Source of the DNA: a virus | Lineage: Duplodnaviria > Caudoviricetes | Virus record (IMG/VR): IMGVR_UViG_3300037249_001405 | Span: 128,001-192,000 of that record | Reading direction: 5' to 3' (one strand) | DNA: 64,000 nt | Part shown: positions 23,017-33,400 of the stretch, one piece after another | Layout of the letters: the number at the start of each line of letters is the position of its first letter | Position numbering within the stretch: the first letter of the stretch is position 1 | Notes under the pieces: model-generated | The model's input: only the letters and a program-made list of their open reading frames with translations | Database searches by the model: none | Told to the model about the DNA's origin: nothing | Made by a program: the position numbers and the translations under genes

Positions 23017-23035
23017 TCTCATCAGTCATTAAGAT

Positions 23036-23250
23036 AAAACCTCACGTAATCGGTTGAAAGTCCTATATGGATACCCCGGTTCGAACCCGATGAAAACTTG
23101 CACGTAACCCCAGGCGTGTATTGTAAGTAGTTCCGAGTCCCTGAAAAAAGGAGGGCTGCGTCGTGTGAAAAGGACAGTCAGTGAGAAACTCTCACTGGTG
23201 CGGCGTGGCTAGAGATAGTTGGTAAATTCGGGCTGATCTATGTGAGTTTT
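23036..23250 (+). ncRNA. candidate ~215 nt structured RNA
   Basis: GC-richer intergenic island; 5'/3' ends pair (AAAAC-CUCACGUA..AUCGGU with GCUGAU..UAUGUGAGUUUU), G.U-containing helices on + strand, T-loop-like CGG-UUCGAAC-CCG, CAGUGAG/CUCACUG hairpin. Confidence 0.55.
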
Positions 23251-23338
23251 TTAAGAAAAAAAAAATAAAGACATTTAATCTAAAATTAATTAGGTTATTT
23301 GTCTTTATTTTTTTTTTTATTTTTCTGGTCTATTTTTA

Positions 23339-25057
23339 TTAGAGAAAACTTCTGTCTTTAGACCAGAATATATTTATTGATGGGGTGGTGTTAATATCCA
23401 CCTTATCACAATCCAAATTATAAATCCAGAAGTCTCCGTTAACTAAGTTGATTAATGGAGAATTCTCAGATTTATCGAGAACCACCCGAGAAAGCGGAAT
23501 AGAAAGTTGAGGTTCTCTATCTACGCTGATTTTTTCAGCGGGGTAGATATAGAAAGCTCCGGTAGGAATGGTAAGATCTTTTACATCATCCTTATGAAGG
23601 ATGGTCGGTACAATCCGATCCATCAGAGCTTTTTTCTGCTCTTCGGCTTCTTTATGATTGTAAAAAGCCTCCTCACGGCAATAATCAGCGCTACCAATTC
23701 TTTGGGAGACTCTTGAGATTACATCACTTACAAGAAGGTTATAAACTACCTCGTAAGTGATATAAACTTTATCAGTAAACATTGTTTCCAAGGTTTTTCT
23801 GATATTTACGTCAGAAGATTTCTCAACGTAACTATCCTTCAAAGCAAGGATAGGTTTATCTACATGGAGCTTCTTACCAATAATAGACTTCATGTAGGTA
23901 GTGAGATAGTATGGCTTAAGGTAGCTGTAGCCACCGTCATCACACAACTCATTTAAATCACTGACGGTGATCTTATCTTGTCCGCCAAGTAATTTAATTA
24001 ATCTTTTAGCTTTTTCAGGCATGTTGTAGTCTTCAAAAGCTTTCTCAATGATTTCATAGTATTTTTCCAGATAGTTTATTTCAGTACCGTCCGGCATTGT
24101 TGTTACCATAGAATCATCAATAAACTTAGGTTTATCCTCGTATTCACCAGTGTCCTTGTAAACGGAAGAACTGATAAACCAGAAATAAACTGTAATATTC
24201 TTGAGCGTAGTGTTATTTTTTACCACGAAATAGTGGTAATCAACATCGCTACTATTCTCATCTTCGTCTTCGTTAATGACACCTGCTCTTATAACAAGCA
24301 TATTGCCATTAGCAAATTTGATATTATACACCTCTCTCGAGAGGTTATCGTACTTTGTTATAAAAGAAGGTATTCCCATCATCTCAGGAGAACCATTCTC
24401 GTCTTTGCCAGTTGAAAGAACTAACTCATCAACGAATTTAACAAGTTCACCAGTTTTCATGTTAATACCTACTTTTATATCATAAGAATCATCCTCGTAA
24501 CAATGATCATCATAGTCGCAGAGATAACATTCAGGTTCTTCTATACCGAAGAAATTGTAACGAAGCGTTTTGCTGCTTGTTTCAAAATTATCCTCCGTTA
24601 CAGATTTTATGATATAGTAATCATCTGTCTTAAAGTTACAGATAAGCTTAGGACACCCATTTTCAGTGTTGCTAAGGTCTATAACTGTAAGACTGTTATC
24701 ATCCCTGAGGATATAAAATTCGTTCCACCTGAATGGATCAAAGTTAATATCCTGTATAGTTCTGAAAAATTCGGTTACCGAATTCTCGCTTACTTTGTAA
24801 TTTACATCACAAAGATAATTTATCGATTCAAATAAGAGATGCTCTTTCAAATATCCCTCATTTGTTTGGGAATCGAATCCTTTTTCGATTCTTTTGATAA
24901 TACATTTCAAAATTTTCTGAAACGTATTAACAAAGCTTTTATTGTTCCTCTTTGAAGGAAATTCAACGGAACAATAAAATTCAATGAGATCTGCTTTCTG
25001 CAAATCAACATTAAGACCCTCCTCAACAGGCTTGGGTCTTTTCAAAAGAAATTCCAT
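23339..25057 (-). CDS. hypothetical protein
   Basis: 572 aa ORF, leader element at 25078-25155. Confidence 0.8.
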   Translation of the reverse strand: MEFLLKRPKPVEEGLNVDLQKADLIEFYCSVEFPSKRNNKSFVNTFQKILKCIIKRIEKGFDSQTNEGYLKEHLLFESINYLCDVNYKVSENSVTEFFRTIQDINFDPFRWNEFYILRDDNSLTVIDLSNTENGCPKLICNFKTDDYYIIKSVTEDNFETSSKTLRYNFFGIEEPECYLCDYDDHCYEDDSYDIKVGINMKTGELVKFVDELVLSTGKDENGSPEMMGIPSFITKYDNLSREVYNIKFANGNMLVIRAGVINEDEDENSSDVDYHYFVVKNNTTLKNITVYFWFISSSVYKDTGEYEDKPKFIDDSMVTTMPDGTEINYLEKYYEIIEKAFEDYNMPEKAKRLIKLLGGQDKITVSDLNELCDDGGYSYLKPYYLTTYMKSIIGKKLHVDKPILALKDSYVEKSSDVNIRKTLETMFTDKVYITYEVVYNLLVSDVISRVSQRIGSADYCREEAFYNHKEAEEQKKALMDRIVPTILHKDDVKDLTIPTGAFYIYPAEKISVDREPQLSIPLSRVVLDKSENSPLINLVNGDFWIYNLDCDKVDINTTPSINIFWSKDRSFL

Positions 25058-25167
25058 AATAAAGTAGTTTTTATGTGTTAATAAATCGTGAAAAATAAAA
25101 AGAAGAAAATATAGACTCTTTACATCTATATTTTCTTCATATATAAGAGTTTAAAGGAATTAGAATA

Positions 25168-26706
25168 TTAATTGTTTTTCTCCATTCCCTCTTTATCCTT
25201 CCAATTAATGGCAGGATAATATCTTTCTATTTCATTTACTGTATTACCAAAGATCACATCTTCTATCTCGAGTGTATCTTTGTATGCCATAGGTGACTCA
25301 TCGATGGTCTTTTTTGTTACTGATGTAGTCACAATACCCTCCATCTCTTTCTCGAATGAAGACATGGAGAACTTAAGAATTTCATTAATCTCGTCATCTG
25401 AGAGATTACCAAAATCCTTTTCATACTTAGCCAATATGGTTAAGTTCTCATCGGAGAAGTCCAAATCAGATTCGTACTCCTCCTTTAATTTGAGGTATTC
25501 TTGGAGTTGTTCTGCCAACTCCAACCTCCTGTCGGCTTCCTTTCTGGACATGATACGTCCGGCACCATGTGGCGCCGAATTACCCCATTCAGGATTACCT
25601 AGACCTTCAGCTATTACAACACCATCCTTCATTGAGAACGGGATAATAACTATTTCGCCCTGTCTTGCTCTGATAGAAGACTTCCTCAATGTTCTATCCT
25701 CAAGATCAACGAAATTATGTGTAGTAAATATAGTATCAACAACGCGGACACTATACTTACTTAAAATATCCGTTATGATCTTTTGAACAGTTATGTGATT
25801 GTACCTTGCATAAAGCTGTGCAAAGCACATATCCTGGAGATAACCTTTCATATTATCTCCCTTCAGATAACCATTCATGAATCCTTCTTCAAGCTTCTCG
25901 AACTCTGCCGAGAGATACTTGTTTAATTCATCCTTAAAGAACTTCATGTCCTTTCCTTCGGCCTTATATTTAGCCTTGAAAGAATCAGTAAGTTCCTTTT
26001 CTTTCTCTTTCCTTTCTTTCTTAGAAAGAGGGTTATTTGAAATGTTCTTCCAGTAAGTAGCTACAGCAAGACCAAATCTTCTTGATCCAAAGTGAAGGAA
26101 GAAAGCAGCTTTCTTCTTATCCTTTGTCAAATCATACTCCAGAAAGTGGTTTCCGCCACCTACTGTTCCGAGTGATTTCCAAAAGACACCTGGATCAAAG
26201 TTATTAATACGTTTAAGAAACGCATTAATCCAGTCTTCCGATACACGTACAGGAAGATCACCTAACATTTCAGGCCAAAGTTGCCTGTATTTGTTAAATT
26301 CCTTTGTTATGAATTTACAAAATTCATCAGTTTTCACCTTTGAATTTTCATGAAGGTGAAATCCCATAGGTACCTGTTGAGATACCTTATGTTCAAACTC
26401 GATAAGCTTGTCTTCAGAGACAGGTTTATCGAGAATCATACCAGATACAGTACAACCTATATCTACTCCGATGTGGAGTGGGTTAATATAGTTGCCAATA
26501 GTTGCAGAAAGGCCACAAGGACCTGCTGCACCTACGTGAGCATCTGCCATAAGATAAACCGATTGGCCCTCAAAGGCTTTCGAGTTTATGATGTCGTCAA
26601 CCTGTTCCAGCACACCTGGGTCATAGGTCCTTATATACGCTTTACAAGTAGCGTATTTTCCCTTTTTTACGAGAGGGAGGGGACCATCGTAATATAAATT
26701 TGCCAT
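25168..26706 (-). CDS. rtcB: RtcB family RNA 2',3'-cyclic phosphate/5'-OH ligase
   Basis: DAH.G, GVDIGC, LGTVGGGNHF.E, HFGSR, HN, HGAGR, DESP.AYK. Confidence 0.95.
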   Translation of the reverse strand: MANLYYDGPLPLVKKGKYATCKAYIRTYDPGVLEQVDDIINSKAFEGQSVYLMADAHVGAAGPCGLSATIGNYINPLHIGVDIGCTVSGMILDKPVSEDKLIEFEHKVSQQVPMGFHLHENSKVKTDEFCKFITKEFNKYRQLWPEMLGDLPVRVSEDWINAFLKRINNFDPGVFWKSLGTVGGGNHFLEYDLTKDKKKAAFFLHFGSRRFGLAVATYWKNISNNPLSKKERKEKEKELTDSFKAKYKAEGKDMKFFKDELNKYLSAEFEKLEEGFMNGYLKGDNMKGYLQDMCFAQLYARYNHITVQKIITDILSKYSVRVVDTIFTTHNFVDLEDRTLRKSSIRARQGEIVIIPFSMKDGVVIAEGLGNPEWGNSAPHGAGRIMSRKEADRRLELAEQLQEYLKLKEEYESDLDFSDENLTILAKYEKDFGNLSDDEINEILKFSMSSFEKEMEGIVTTSVTKKTIDESPMAYKDTLEIEDVIFGNTVNEIERYYPAINWKDKEGMEKNN

Positions 26707-26708
26707 TA

Positions 26709-27152
26709 TTATATGGATGAATTAATAAACTCAACAATTTCGTCATAAGAATTGTTTTGCCAAAACTTCCTGACGTTCTCAAACGAAATATTCATCTTAT
26801 TACCATATTCATCGTAATAAGTCATTTCAATTTTGACAACCGAAGGACATGGTTCATAATCAGTCTGATAAGTACGAATTATGAAACCAGCTTCATCAAG
26901 GATATCGATAATATCATCAATATCTTCGTTTTCGTCCACATGACAGCCGAACTTAGGCTCGTCACCGTTATATGGGGTTGTAATATAAGCTAATACGTAA
27001 ATTAGCTTATCATTACCAAAGAATTCCTCAGGATTGATTTCGAATTCTTTTGTGATATAATCTGCATCACCCTGATCCCAAGTGTTTTTGACCAAGATGA
27101 CATTTTTGCGTTCCTTGTTAGCTGAAGGAACCAGTAGAATGTGTTTATCCAT
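26709..27152 (-). CDS. hypothetical protein (paralogue of 29242-29757)
   Basis: FF..DKLIYVLAYI and Y.DE.G.K..(I/V)SF motifs shared. Confidence 0.8.
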   Translation of the reverse strand: MDKHILLVPSANKERKNVILVKNTWDQGDADYITKEFEINPEEFFGNDKLIYVLAYITTPYNGDEPKFGCHVDENEDIDDIIDILDEAGFIIRTYQTDYEPCPSVVKIEMTYYDEYGNKMNISFENVRKFWQNNSYDEIVEFINSSI

Positions 27153-27346
27153 AATAAATATTTTATTTAAAAAATTAATATCTAGAAAAATAAAAAGAGA
27201 GTATAAAGCGGGATGCTTTATACTCTCGAGAAACAGAAAACAAAAATCAACCCAATAAATAAATTATGTCTTGAGTAATAATGGTTTAGAAAAATAAAAG
27301 ATAATATAAACTTTTTATCGTTTATATTATCTTCATGTATTAGGTT

Positions 27347-28174
27347 TTAATTGCTTTTCTTCCGTAAATTTTCTTGAATCTTTTTCCACACTTCAGGGCT
27401 ACATCCGGTATTTAAATTCGGAGGATCATAATCAATAAAAGAGTTATAAGTATCCTGTCCGAGTTTTGCCTCATCATGATAATGTTCAAGCATAGATGCT
27501 TTCTTACCATTAACTGTATATTTTTTCTTAGTAAGCTCTTCTGTCGGTATTCCTGATTTTAACCAAGCATTCATAACTTGACTCCTATTACCAGATTTTT
27601 CATATTGAAGTAAGTAATTAGAATAATCTAAAATCTCATTAGGGTTTCTTAAATTAACAGCATCACCTTGTTTTAATTGATCTTCAAACTTCTTTCCATT
27701 AAAGTGCTTTCTAAAATCAACTAAATCTTTTTCATTTCGAGCTTCTAGGTGATCATATGCATGACCGGCTTCATGAGCAGCATCTGATCCAGAAACTTTA
27801 GGTAAGAGTATACCCTTAACTTTTCGTTTTGCTCCATCTAGGTATGACAATGTGATAGGAGCTGATACTTTTGGTGATGCAACCGTAGTTATTCCATCCT
27901 TACGAAGAGACTTTATAACTCCATGCCCAATATCTCTATCTTCTAGTATAGCATCTAAATCACCGTTCTCCTTACCAATTAAATAATCATTATATCTATT
28001 AACGGAGCTCAATGATCTGTTGTCTTGCTTTCTCCTAAGATCTCTATAAAAATCAGCCTTCTCATTCTTTATAAGTTTTCTGAAAATAAGATTTAATTCC
28101 TGATTTTTTTTCAATTTCCTTACACGATCGGCATGAGAAGCTATTCCATATAAATTTGTTCTATATATAATCAT
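27347..28174 (-). CDS. hypothetical protein with HExxH (AAHEAGH) motif, possible metallopeptidase
   Basis: HEAGH motif; start MIIYRT at 28174 preferred. Confidence 0.6.
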   Translation of the reverse strand: MIIYRTNLYGIASHADRVRKLKKNQELNLIFRKLIKNEKADFYRDLRRKQDNRSLSSVNRYNDYLIGKENGDLDAILEDRDIGHGVIKSLRKDGITTVASPKVSAPITLSYLDGAKRKVKGILLPKVSGSDAAHEAGHAYDHLEARNEKDLVDFRKHFNGKKFEDQLKQGDAVNLRNPNEILDYSNYLLQYEKSGNRSQVMNAWLKSGIPTEELTKKKYTVNGKKASMLEHYHDEAKLGQDTYNSFIDYDPPNLNTGCSPEVWKKIQENLRKKSN

Positions 28175-28275
28175 AATAAATAATCTTCTTTTACATATAA
28201 GATAAAAGGAGAAAAAAGAAAGAAACACATATATCTAATTTTTTGTATTTTAGATATATGTGTTTTATATTTTGA

Positions 28276-29235
28276 CTACTCTTCCTCTTCGTCATCCTCA
28301 GAACGAGGATCTACGTCAAGGGGATTGAAGTAGTATTGGTTACAGTAAGGGCAATAAATGCTCTCTCCGTTTTTCATAAGGTAAGTCTGGCTACCACACT
28401 GTGGACACTTACACTTATCCTCTGTAGTAAGAGTGGTTAAATCCTCCGGCATAGGGGCCAAAGGTTCATTGTACTCTTCCTCACCAAATCGGTTATTAGG
28501 ATCAAAAGCCTTGAACCGACTGATTGTAATAGCATCTCTACAATCCTCCTTTTTCTCTTCAACGAGGGTTCGAAGTTCTTCATCTTCAGGAAGAAGATCC
28601 ATCGGGATTGTTATAAATGCTTCTTTAATATTTTGATATGCACCCATACCAATAGTGAATGACTTCATAAAGCCCGATTCACGATCGAGGTAAGTTACAT
28701 TCAAATTTTTCCTTGGCAAATCATTAGAAGATATCTGATTTGAGATAGTTGCAATAAGGATCAACTTATCCAAATCACCTACTTCAATAATTTTGCCAGT
28801 CCTCCAATCCTCTACCTTAGCCTTAGTAAATACCTTAATAGGTACATCTGCTCCAGTAAGATAAAGAGCTCCTGTGTGAATTTCGTTCCTTTCTTCCTCT
28901 TCTTCCGTATCAGGATGGAAAATATGAGAAAGATAGGTTACATTATGGAACTTATCTCCATAGACTTGTTTAATCTCTTCGATCAACTCCTCTATTTCTT
29001 TAAGTTCATCGGGATTGGTTTTAGCGTAACCTAAAACCAAAGCATCACCGTCCTTAAAAGCTTCCGGAAGCTCGTCTTTGAGAGTGATGTTTTTCTTCTT
29101 AAACTCATCTACTTTGTTTAAGATTGCGGCGACTTCTTCGTCGTACTCAAGACTCTGATTGAATCTTGGGTCTTTTTCACAAATGAGGTCAATGTACTTA
29201 ACCCCATCTCGAGTGTTTACCTCTGTCCTGTACAT
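28276..29235 (-). CDS. hypothetical protein with C-terminal zinc ribbon
   Basis: CPQC...CPYC. Confidence 0.75.
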   Translation of the reverse strand: MYRTEVNTRDGVKYIDLICEKDPRFNQSLEYDEEVAAILNKVDEFKKKNITLKDELPEAFKDGDALVLGYAKTNPDELKEIEELIEEIKQVYGDKFHNVTYLSHIFHPDTEEEEERNEIHTGALYLTGADVPIKVFTKAKVEDWRTGKIIEVGDLDKLILIATISNQISSNDLPRKNLNVTYLDRESGFMKSFTIGMGAYQNIKEAFITIPMDLLPEDEELRTLVEEKKEDCRDAITISRFKAFDPNNRFGEEEYNEPLAPMPEDLTTLTTEDKCKCPQCGSQTYLMKNGESIYCPYCNQYYFNPLDVDPRSEDDEEEE

Positions 29236-29241
29236 AAAAAA

Positions 29242-29757
29242 CTAGTTTTTTGTAAATTTATTATATTTTTCCAGAAACTCCGGAAAATTTTCTTCAAATT
29301 CAATTTGATTAATGAAATCTGTGATTTCATCACGGGTTTTATCTTTCCAAATAATTTCAATTATCTGGTCAAATGAAACCAACCACTTCTTGCCTTTTTC
29401 GTCAAAATAAACTATTTTTAATTCATTGACAGAATGGCAAATGGAGGAACAATTGCCTTTATAGCTGTATGTATGAAGGTTATGGTAACATAGAAAAGGA
29501 GTAATATATTTAATATCCTCTTTTTCTATAATATCCCTATTGAGATATTTTTGGATATAAGCTAATACGTAAATTAGCTTATCATCCTCAAAGAATGTTC
29601 TTGCATCCTTCTTAATTGGGTAAGAATTGTAACATTTGGCATAATTATCGAACATGTCATTCCAAATGATTGTAATTTCAACAAGGTTCTTTGGCTTGTC
29701 GTCTTGAGGGATTTCTTTGATAAGAAGACCCCTGTTATATTCATATTTTGTAATCAT
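29242..29757 (-). CDS. hypothetical protein (paralogue of 26709-27152)
   Basis: shared motifs; leader element at 29783-29853. Confidence 0.8.
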   Translation of the reverse strand: MITKYEYNRGLLIKEIPQDDKPKNLVEITIIWNDMFDNYAKCYNSYPIKKDARTFFEDDKLIYVLAYIQKYLNRDIIEKEDIKYITPFLCYHNLHTYSYKGNCSSICHSVNELKIVYFDEKGKKWLVSFDQIIEIIWKDKTRDEITDFINQIEFEENFPEFLEKYNKFTKN

Positions 29758-29859
29758 AAATATAATAAGTAGTTTTTATTAATTAATATCTAGAAAAATA
29801 AAAAGAAGAAGATATAAACTAATTTATATCTTCTTCTTCATTAAGAGTTACAGGGATTG

Positions 29860-30522
29860 TTACATGTACTCTGATTCAGTTCTACGATACCTTCTTAGAC
29901 GGTAGTTTGATGCAACGAGCTCTTCAAATGAAGATTCCTTGTACTCAATGTACACAGAATTAGGACCATGTTGCTCTTTCCATTCCAAGATTCTAAGTTG
30001 TTGTTCATCCCACTTCTTTTTTCTCTCCAACCATTCTGGAGTGAAATTACCGTCTTCTGGGAATTCAGGCATTTCAAGAAGAGGTTCACCATTAGGTGCA
30101 TACTCAATCTTCTTTTCTGGCTCTTCATTTACAGGTTCCGGCTCTACTACCTTCTGTGAACGTTGCTTAGCTTCCTGCTTCTGAATTCTTTTCTCCTGTT
30201 CAATTCGTTTCTGATAAGAGGCCTCTGTTGAATCAACGGTTACCTCATTAGCAATCTGTGGTGCACTCTTATCTCCTCTAAGGAGGAGGTAGACTAGAAG
30301 ACCACCGAGAGCCACTATCAAGAAGATAAGAACCCAAAGTCCTTTCATCTTCTTTGTCTTCCTATGTCCTTCTCCTGTAGCTCCACCAATTGGACCATAG
30401 GTATCAGAATAGCTCCTTTCTTTCGAGACAGATTTGTCACTTACTCTGTGGCTACCTGTGCCGTTGTAATCAATCACCGCCTTCTTATTGGCGGCATTTG
30501 CTCTTGATCTTGCTCCTGCCAT
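29860..30522 (-). CDS. single-pass membrane protein
   Basis: LWVLIFLIVALGGLLVYLLL hydrophobic segment. Confidence 0.75.
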   Translation of the reverse strand: MAGARSRANAANKKAVIDYNGTGSHRVSDKSVSKERSYSDTYGPIGGATGEGHRKTKKMKGLWVLIFLIVALGGLLVYLLLRGDKSAPQIANEVTVDSTEASYQKRIEQEKRIQKQEAKQRSQKVVEPEPVNEEPEKKIEYAPNGEPLLEMPEFPEDGNFTPEWLERKKKWDEQQLRILEWKEQHGPNSVYIEYKESSFEELVASNYRLRRYRRTESEYM

Positions 30523-30566
30523 TTTTCTTTGTTTTTTTTTAATTAATAGTTATTATGTTTATTTAT

Positions 30567-31403
30567 TTATTCAGCAACGACAACACCAGAATCACTTCCA
30601 ATGAAATCATCACCAATTGGTTTATTTTCTATTGTAAAACCAGCTCTTATATCCAAATCTTTCAAATCAGACTCAGACATACCAAGGAGATTCATAATGA
30701 ATGAATTTAGAGTTTTCTTATCTAACTCAATATGATCACGATTATGAATACCACTTTCAAACTTAATAATAAGGGTTATTTCATATTTCCCCTCTTTTCG
30801 AGATCCATTATTACCACGAAGCAATACACCAATCTCATCTTTTGAATCTAAGATTAGACCGTTGTTATCACTGTTAACGTTAATATCGTACCTCAAAATA
30901 CTTGACTGTAAAATTTTTTCTCTTACACAAGTATTCAATAGCGTATTAAAGTATTTCGGGATAATATACTTTAACATAGCCTCCACTTCTCTTTCATCAT
31001 CAACCCATTTATCTGTTTCAATAAAATTTGGAGTTGACTCAGAATAGTTGTAGCGTAAAGCTTTAACCTTAATAGCTTCTGTCATTATTTTAATGACATC
31101 TGGGTCATTCATATATGTATTAGTGAAATAAATTGGATTACTCAACAAATACATAAGAAAATCTATATTCGAAGAATCAGCTAACTCGACATAAGAGGTA
31201 ATTTGAGGATATATTCTTCTATAATCTTCCTCATTTTCTCCTTTTGTTGTAGATTTAAATGAGTAAGATTCAACAAATATTGATTGATAATTATCGGAGT
31301 TGACTTTACTCAAAACAGATTTCATAATAGACTCAGAAACATTTTCTAATTCTATTTCCACGGATCTTGTAATCCGTAATGTAGGAATTGTTCCTTCTTC
31401 CAT
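30567..31403 (-). CDS. hypothetical protein (paralogue of 33401-34228)
   Basis: ESY.F.S, DF.....P.YF, PNF, P.(Y/W)FN shared. Confidence 0.75.
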   Translation of the reverse strand: MEEGTIPTLRITRSVEIELENVSESIMKSVLSKVNSDNYQSIFVESYSFKSTTKGENEEDYRRIYPQITSYVELADSSNIDFLMYLLSNPIYFTNTYMNDPDVIKIMTEAIKVKALRYNYSESTPNFIETDKWVDDEREVEAMLKYIIPKYFNTLLNTCVREKILQSSILRYDINVNSDNNGLILDSKDEIGVLLRGNNGSRKEGKYEITLIIKFESGIHNRDHIELDKKTLNSFIMNLLGMSESDLKDLDIRAGFTIENKPIGDDFIGSDSGVVVAE

Positions 31404-31503
31404 TTTTTTTCATATTTAGTTAATATCGTGAAAAATAAAAAGAGAAAGTGAGTGTATGAATATAGAAACGTACACTCACTTTCTCAGTGATTAGATTTTG
31501 AGA

Positions 31504-33375
31504 CTATTTCAAATTCTCAGCAAATTCTCTAATTACGCTGGCATCCTCATCAGAGAAGTCAGCATAATCTACTATTTTTTCTTTTATCAATTTTAGAATA
31601 ATAGTAAGAGATTCATCGTCAAACTGAGGCTCATCATAATCTTCCTCATCCTCTGGATCTACATAAGAGAGAACCCATTCAATATGGTCTGTGTCTCTTG
31701 TTTCAAACCATACATCTCTTGCGAGACATTTAGTTTTGGTAAGTTTAATTACCTCACGATACATAAACTTACCATTTCTCAAGTCCTCCGGAGTAACGTT
31801 TGGAAGATTTGAAATTAAATTAAGATCAATCAATACTCCATTAGAAGGCATTTGATAATCAACTTCAATCTTAGAAAGACTAGAATTTAACCAACCTTTC
31901 TTATTCTTCAATGAATCAAGAACCTTTTCATCACGGAAAATAATCCTCTCTAATTCACTGTAATCAAGATTCATATATTTACCGTACAAAGAATACAAAG
32001 AGTCTTCTTTGTAATAGATAATACGAGAATCAGATTTAGCTGAAAAATCAAAATCTACACCCTTGAATGCTTCTGGGATAGGAGTTAAACTACCACTCCT
32101 AACCACTTGCTGAAGAAGCTGTTGATTTCCTACTACCCCTTCGCAATCTGGTTCAAATAAATCATTTAAGCTCAAATGATTATCGCTTAGAGCGAGTGGA
32201 ATGCTCTCGAATATAGAGATATGACCTTCCCAAAGCTCAAGTACAAGATTAATTTCATCAAGACAAGCCTTATATGAATTATACATGTTTAACGCTTTGG
32301 ATCCAAATTTCATATCACCAAGATTATCAATCATAGTATTAACCCAGGTATATTCACCCATCAAGATAGACTTAGCCATAGAAATCTTCTCACCTAAGTC
32401 ATATTCTTCTATTGATCCTGTATTTTGGTCAATACTTTTATAAAGATTCACTTTAATAAATCCATGATCATAGGTAATATAACCTTTCGATTGCGGATTT
32501 ATTATGATGAAACCAGAAGCAGGTGTAGTCTTGTCAATCATATAATTATAGCGATTAACTCCACCTTCAATAACATAAGTTGGGAAATAAAGCCATTTAC
32601 TCCAACCTCTATCATTGAGAGCTTCTCTATATACCCAGAGAGATTCTAATGCTTTGGTATTAGCTGTAAGACTTTCTCTCCAATCGAGACGATCAATGTC
32701 AGGAAATCTCATTACTGGACAATGATTATCCTCACCAGGATGATTTGTGAACATAAACGAGTCAATTCGACCCCTGTATGGATCAAACATACCAATACCA
32801 GGGAGGAATTTACCTGATGTTCTCATAGCGATGACCCACTTCTTCAATAGATCAAATATTCGATCATCAGTTGGTGTTTCATCAAATTTGATTTTATCAA
32901 AATCAGCTTTAAATGTTGGATTGTCTCCTTCATAATCAAGCCAACTTTCTTCATCGAAAAATCCCGATTCTACAAAATCATAATTCAACGAAGTTCCACC
33001 TATTTCAGATTCACCAGGACCAACCGCATGAATCTGATTAGGAACATACACGTAGTCCCTACCATTTTTAAACCTAAGAATGATAGGCTGTTTGCTTTCT
33101 TTATCCTTAACACAAATATTCTTTGAGATCCGCGTTACTGGATATTGAAGGTAGTGATCAACTACCTTAGCCGCATCATATTGGTCAGGAATATTATTCT
33201 CTTTACAGAGAATATCTTTCATCCAACCTTCACCCTTCAACTCTGTTTGAATTGAGGAGTAAAGCTCTTTCTTCTCATTATCTGAAGTAATCATGAAAGA
33301 GAGAGCTGTAATCGAGGGTATTAAATACCCAACATATGCTCTGGACTCTTCTACGTCCACGTGTTTTGTTGCCAT
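31504..33375 (-). CDS. hypothetical protein
   Basis: 623 aa ORF. Confidence 0.8.
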   Translation of the reverse strand: MATKHVDVEESRAYVGYLIPSITALSFMITSDNEKKELYSSIQTELKGEGWMKDILCKENNIPDQYDAAKVVDHYLQYPVTRISKNICVKDKESKQPIILRFKNGRDYVYVPNQIHAVGPGESEIGGTSLNYDFVESGFFDEESWLDYEGDNPTFKADFDKIKFDETPTDDRIFDLLKKWVIAMRTSGKFLPGIGMFDPYRGRIDSFMFTNHPGEDNHCPVMRFPDIDRLDWRESLTANTKALESLWVYREALNDRGWSKWLYFPTYVIEGGVNRYNYMIDKTTPASGFIIINPQSKGYITYDHGFIKVNLYKSIDQNTGSIEEYDLGEKISMAKSILMGEYTWVNTMIDNLGDMKFGSKALNMYNSYKACLDEINLVLELWEGHISIFESIPLALSDNHLSLNDLFEPDCEGVVGNQQLLQQVVRSGSLTPIPEAFKGVDFDFSAKSDSRIIYYKEDSLYSLYGKYMNLDYSELERIIFRDEKVLDSLKNKKGWLNSSLSKIEVDYQMPSNGVLIDLNLISNLPNVTPEDLRNGKFMYREVIKLTKTKCLARDVWFETRDTDHIEWVLSYVDPEDEEDYDEPQFDDESLTIILKLIKEKIVDYADFSDEDASVIREFAENLK

Positions 33376-33400
33376 AATTATTAATTGTTGTGTTTTTTTT

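Noticed and set aside
22994-23025. Hammerhead ribozyme (CUGAUGAG core)
   Set aside because: CUGAUGAG is fully paired with CUCAUCAG in a simple hairpin, and no GAAA follows a stem II.
23056-23237. RNase P RNA (GAAAGUCC ... GGCU resemblance)
   Set aside because: P4 pairing is incomplete and there is no room for P2/P3 before GAAAGUCC; kept only as an unassigned structured RNA.
25168-26706. Intein in RtcB or other enzymes
   Set aside because: No C/S...HN-C/S/T splice motifs or LAGLIDADG blocks; the insertions are too short.
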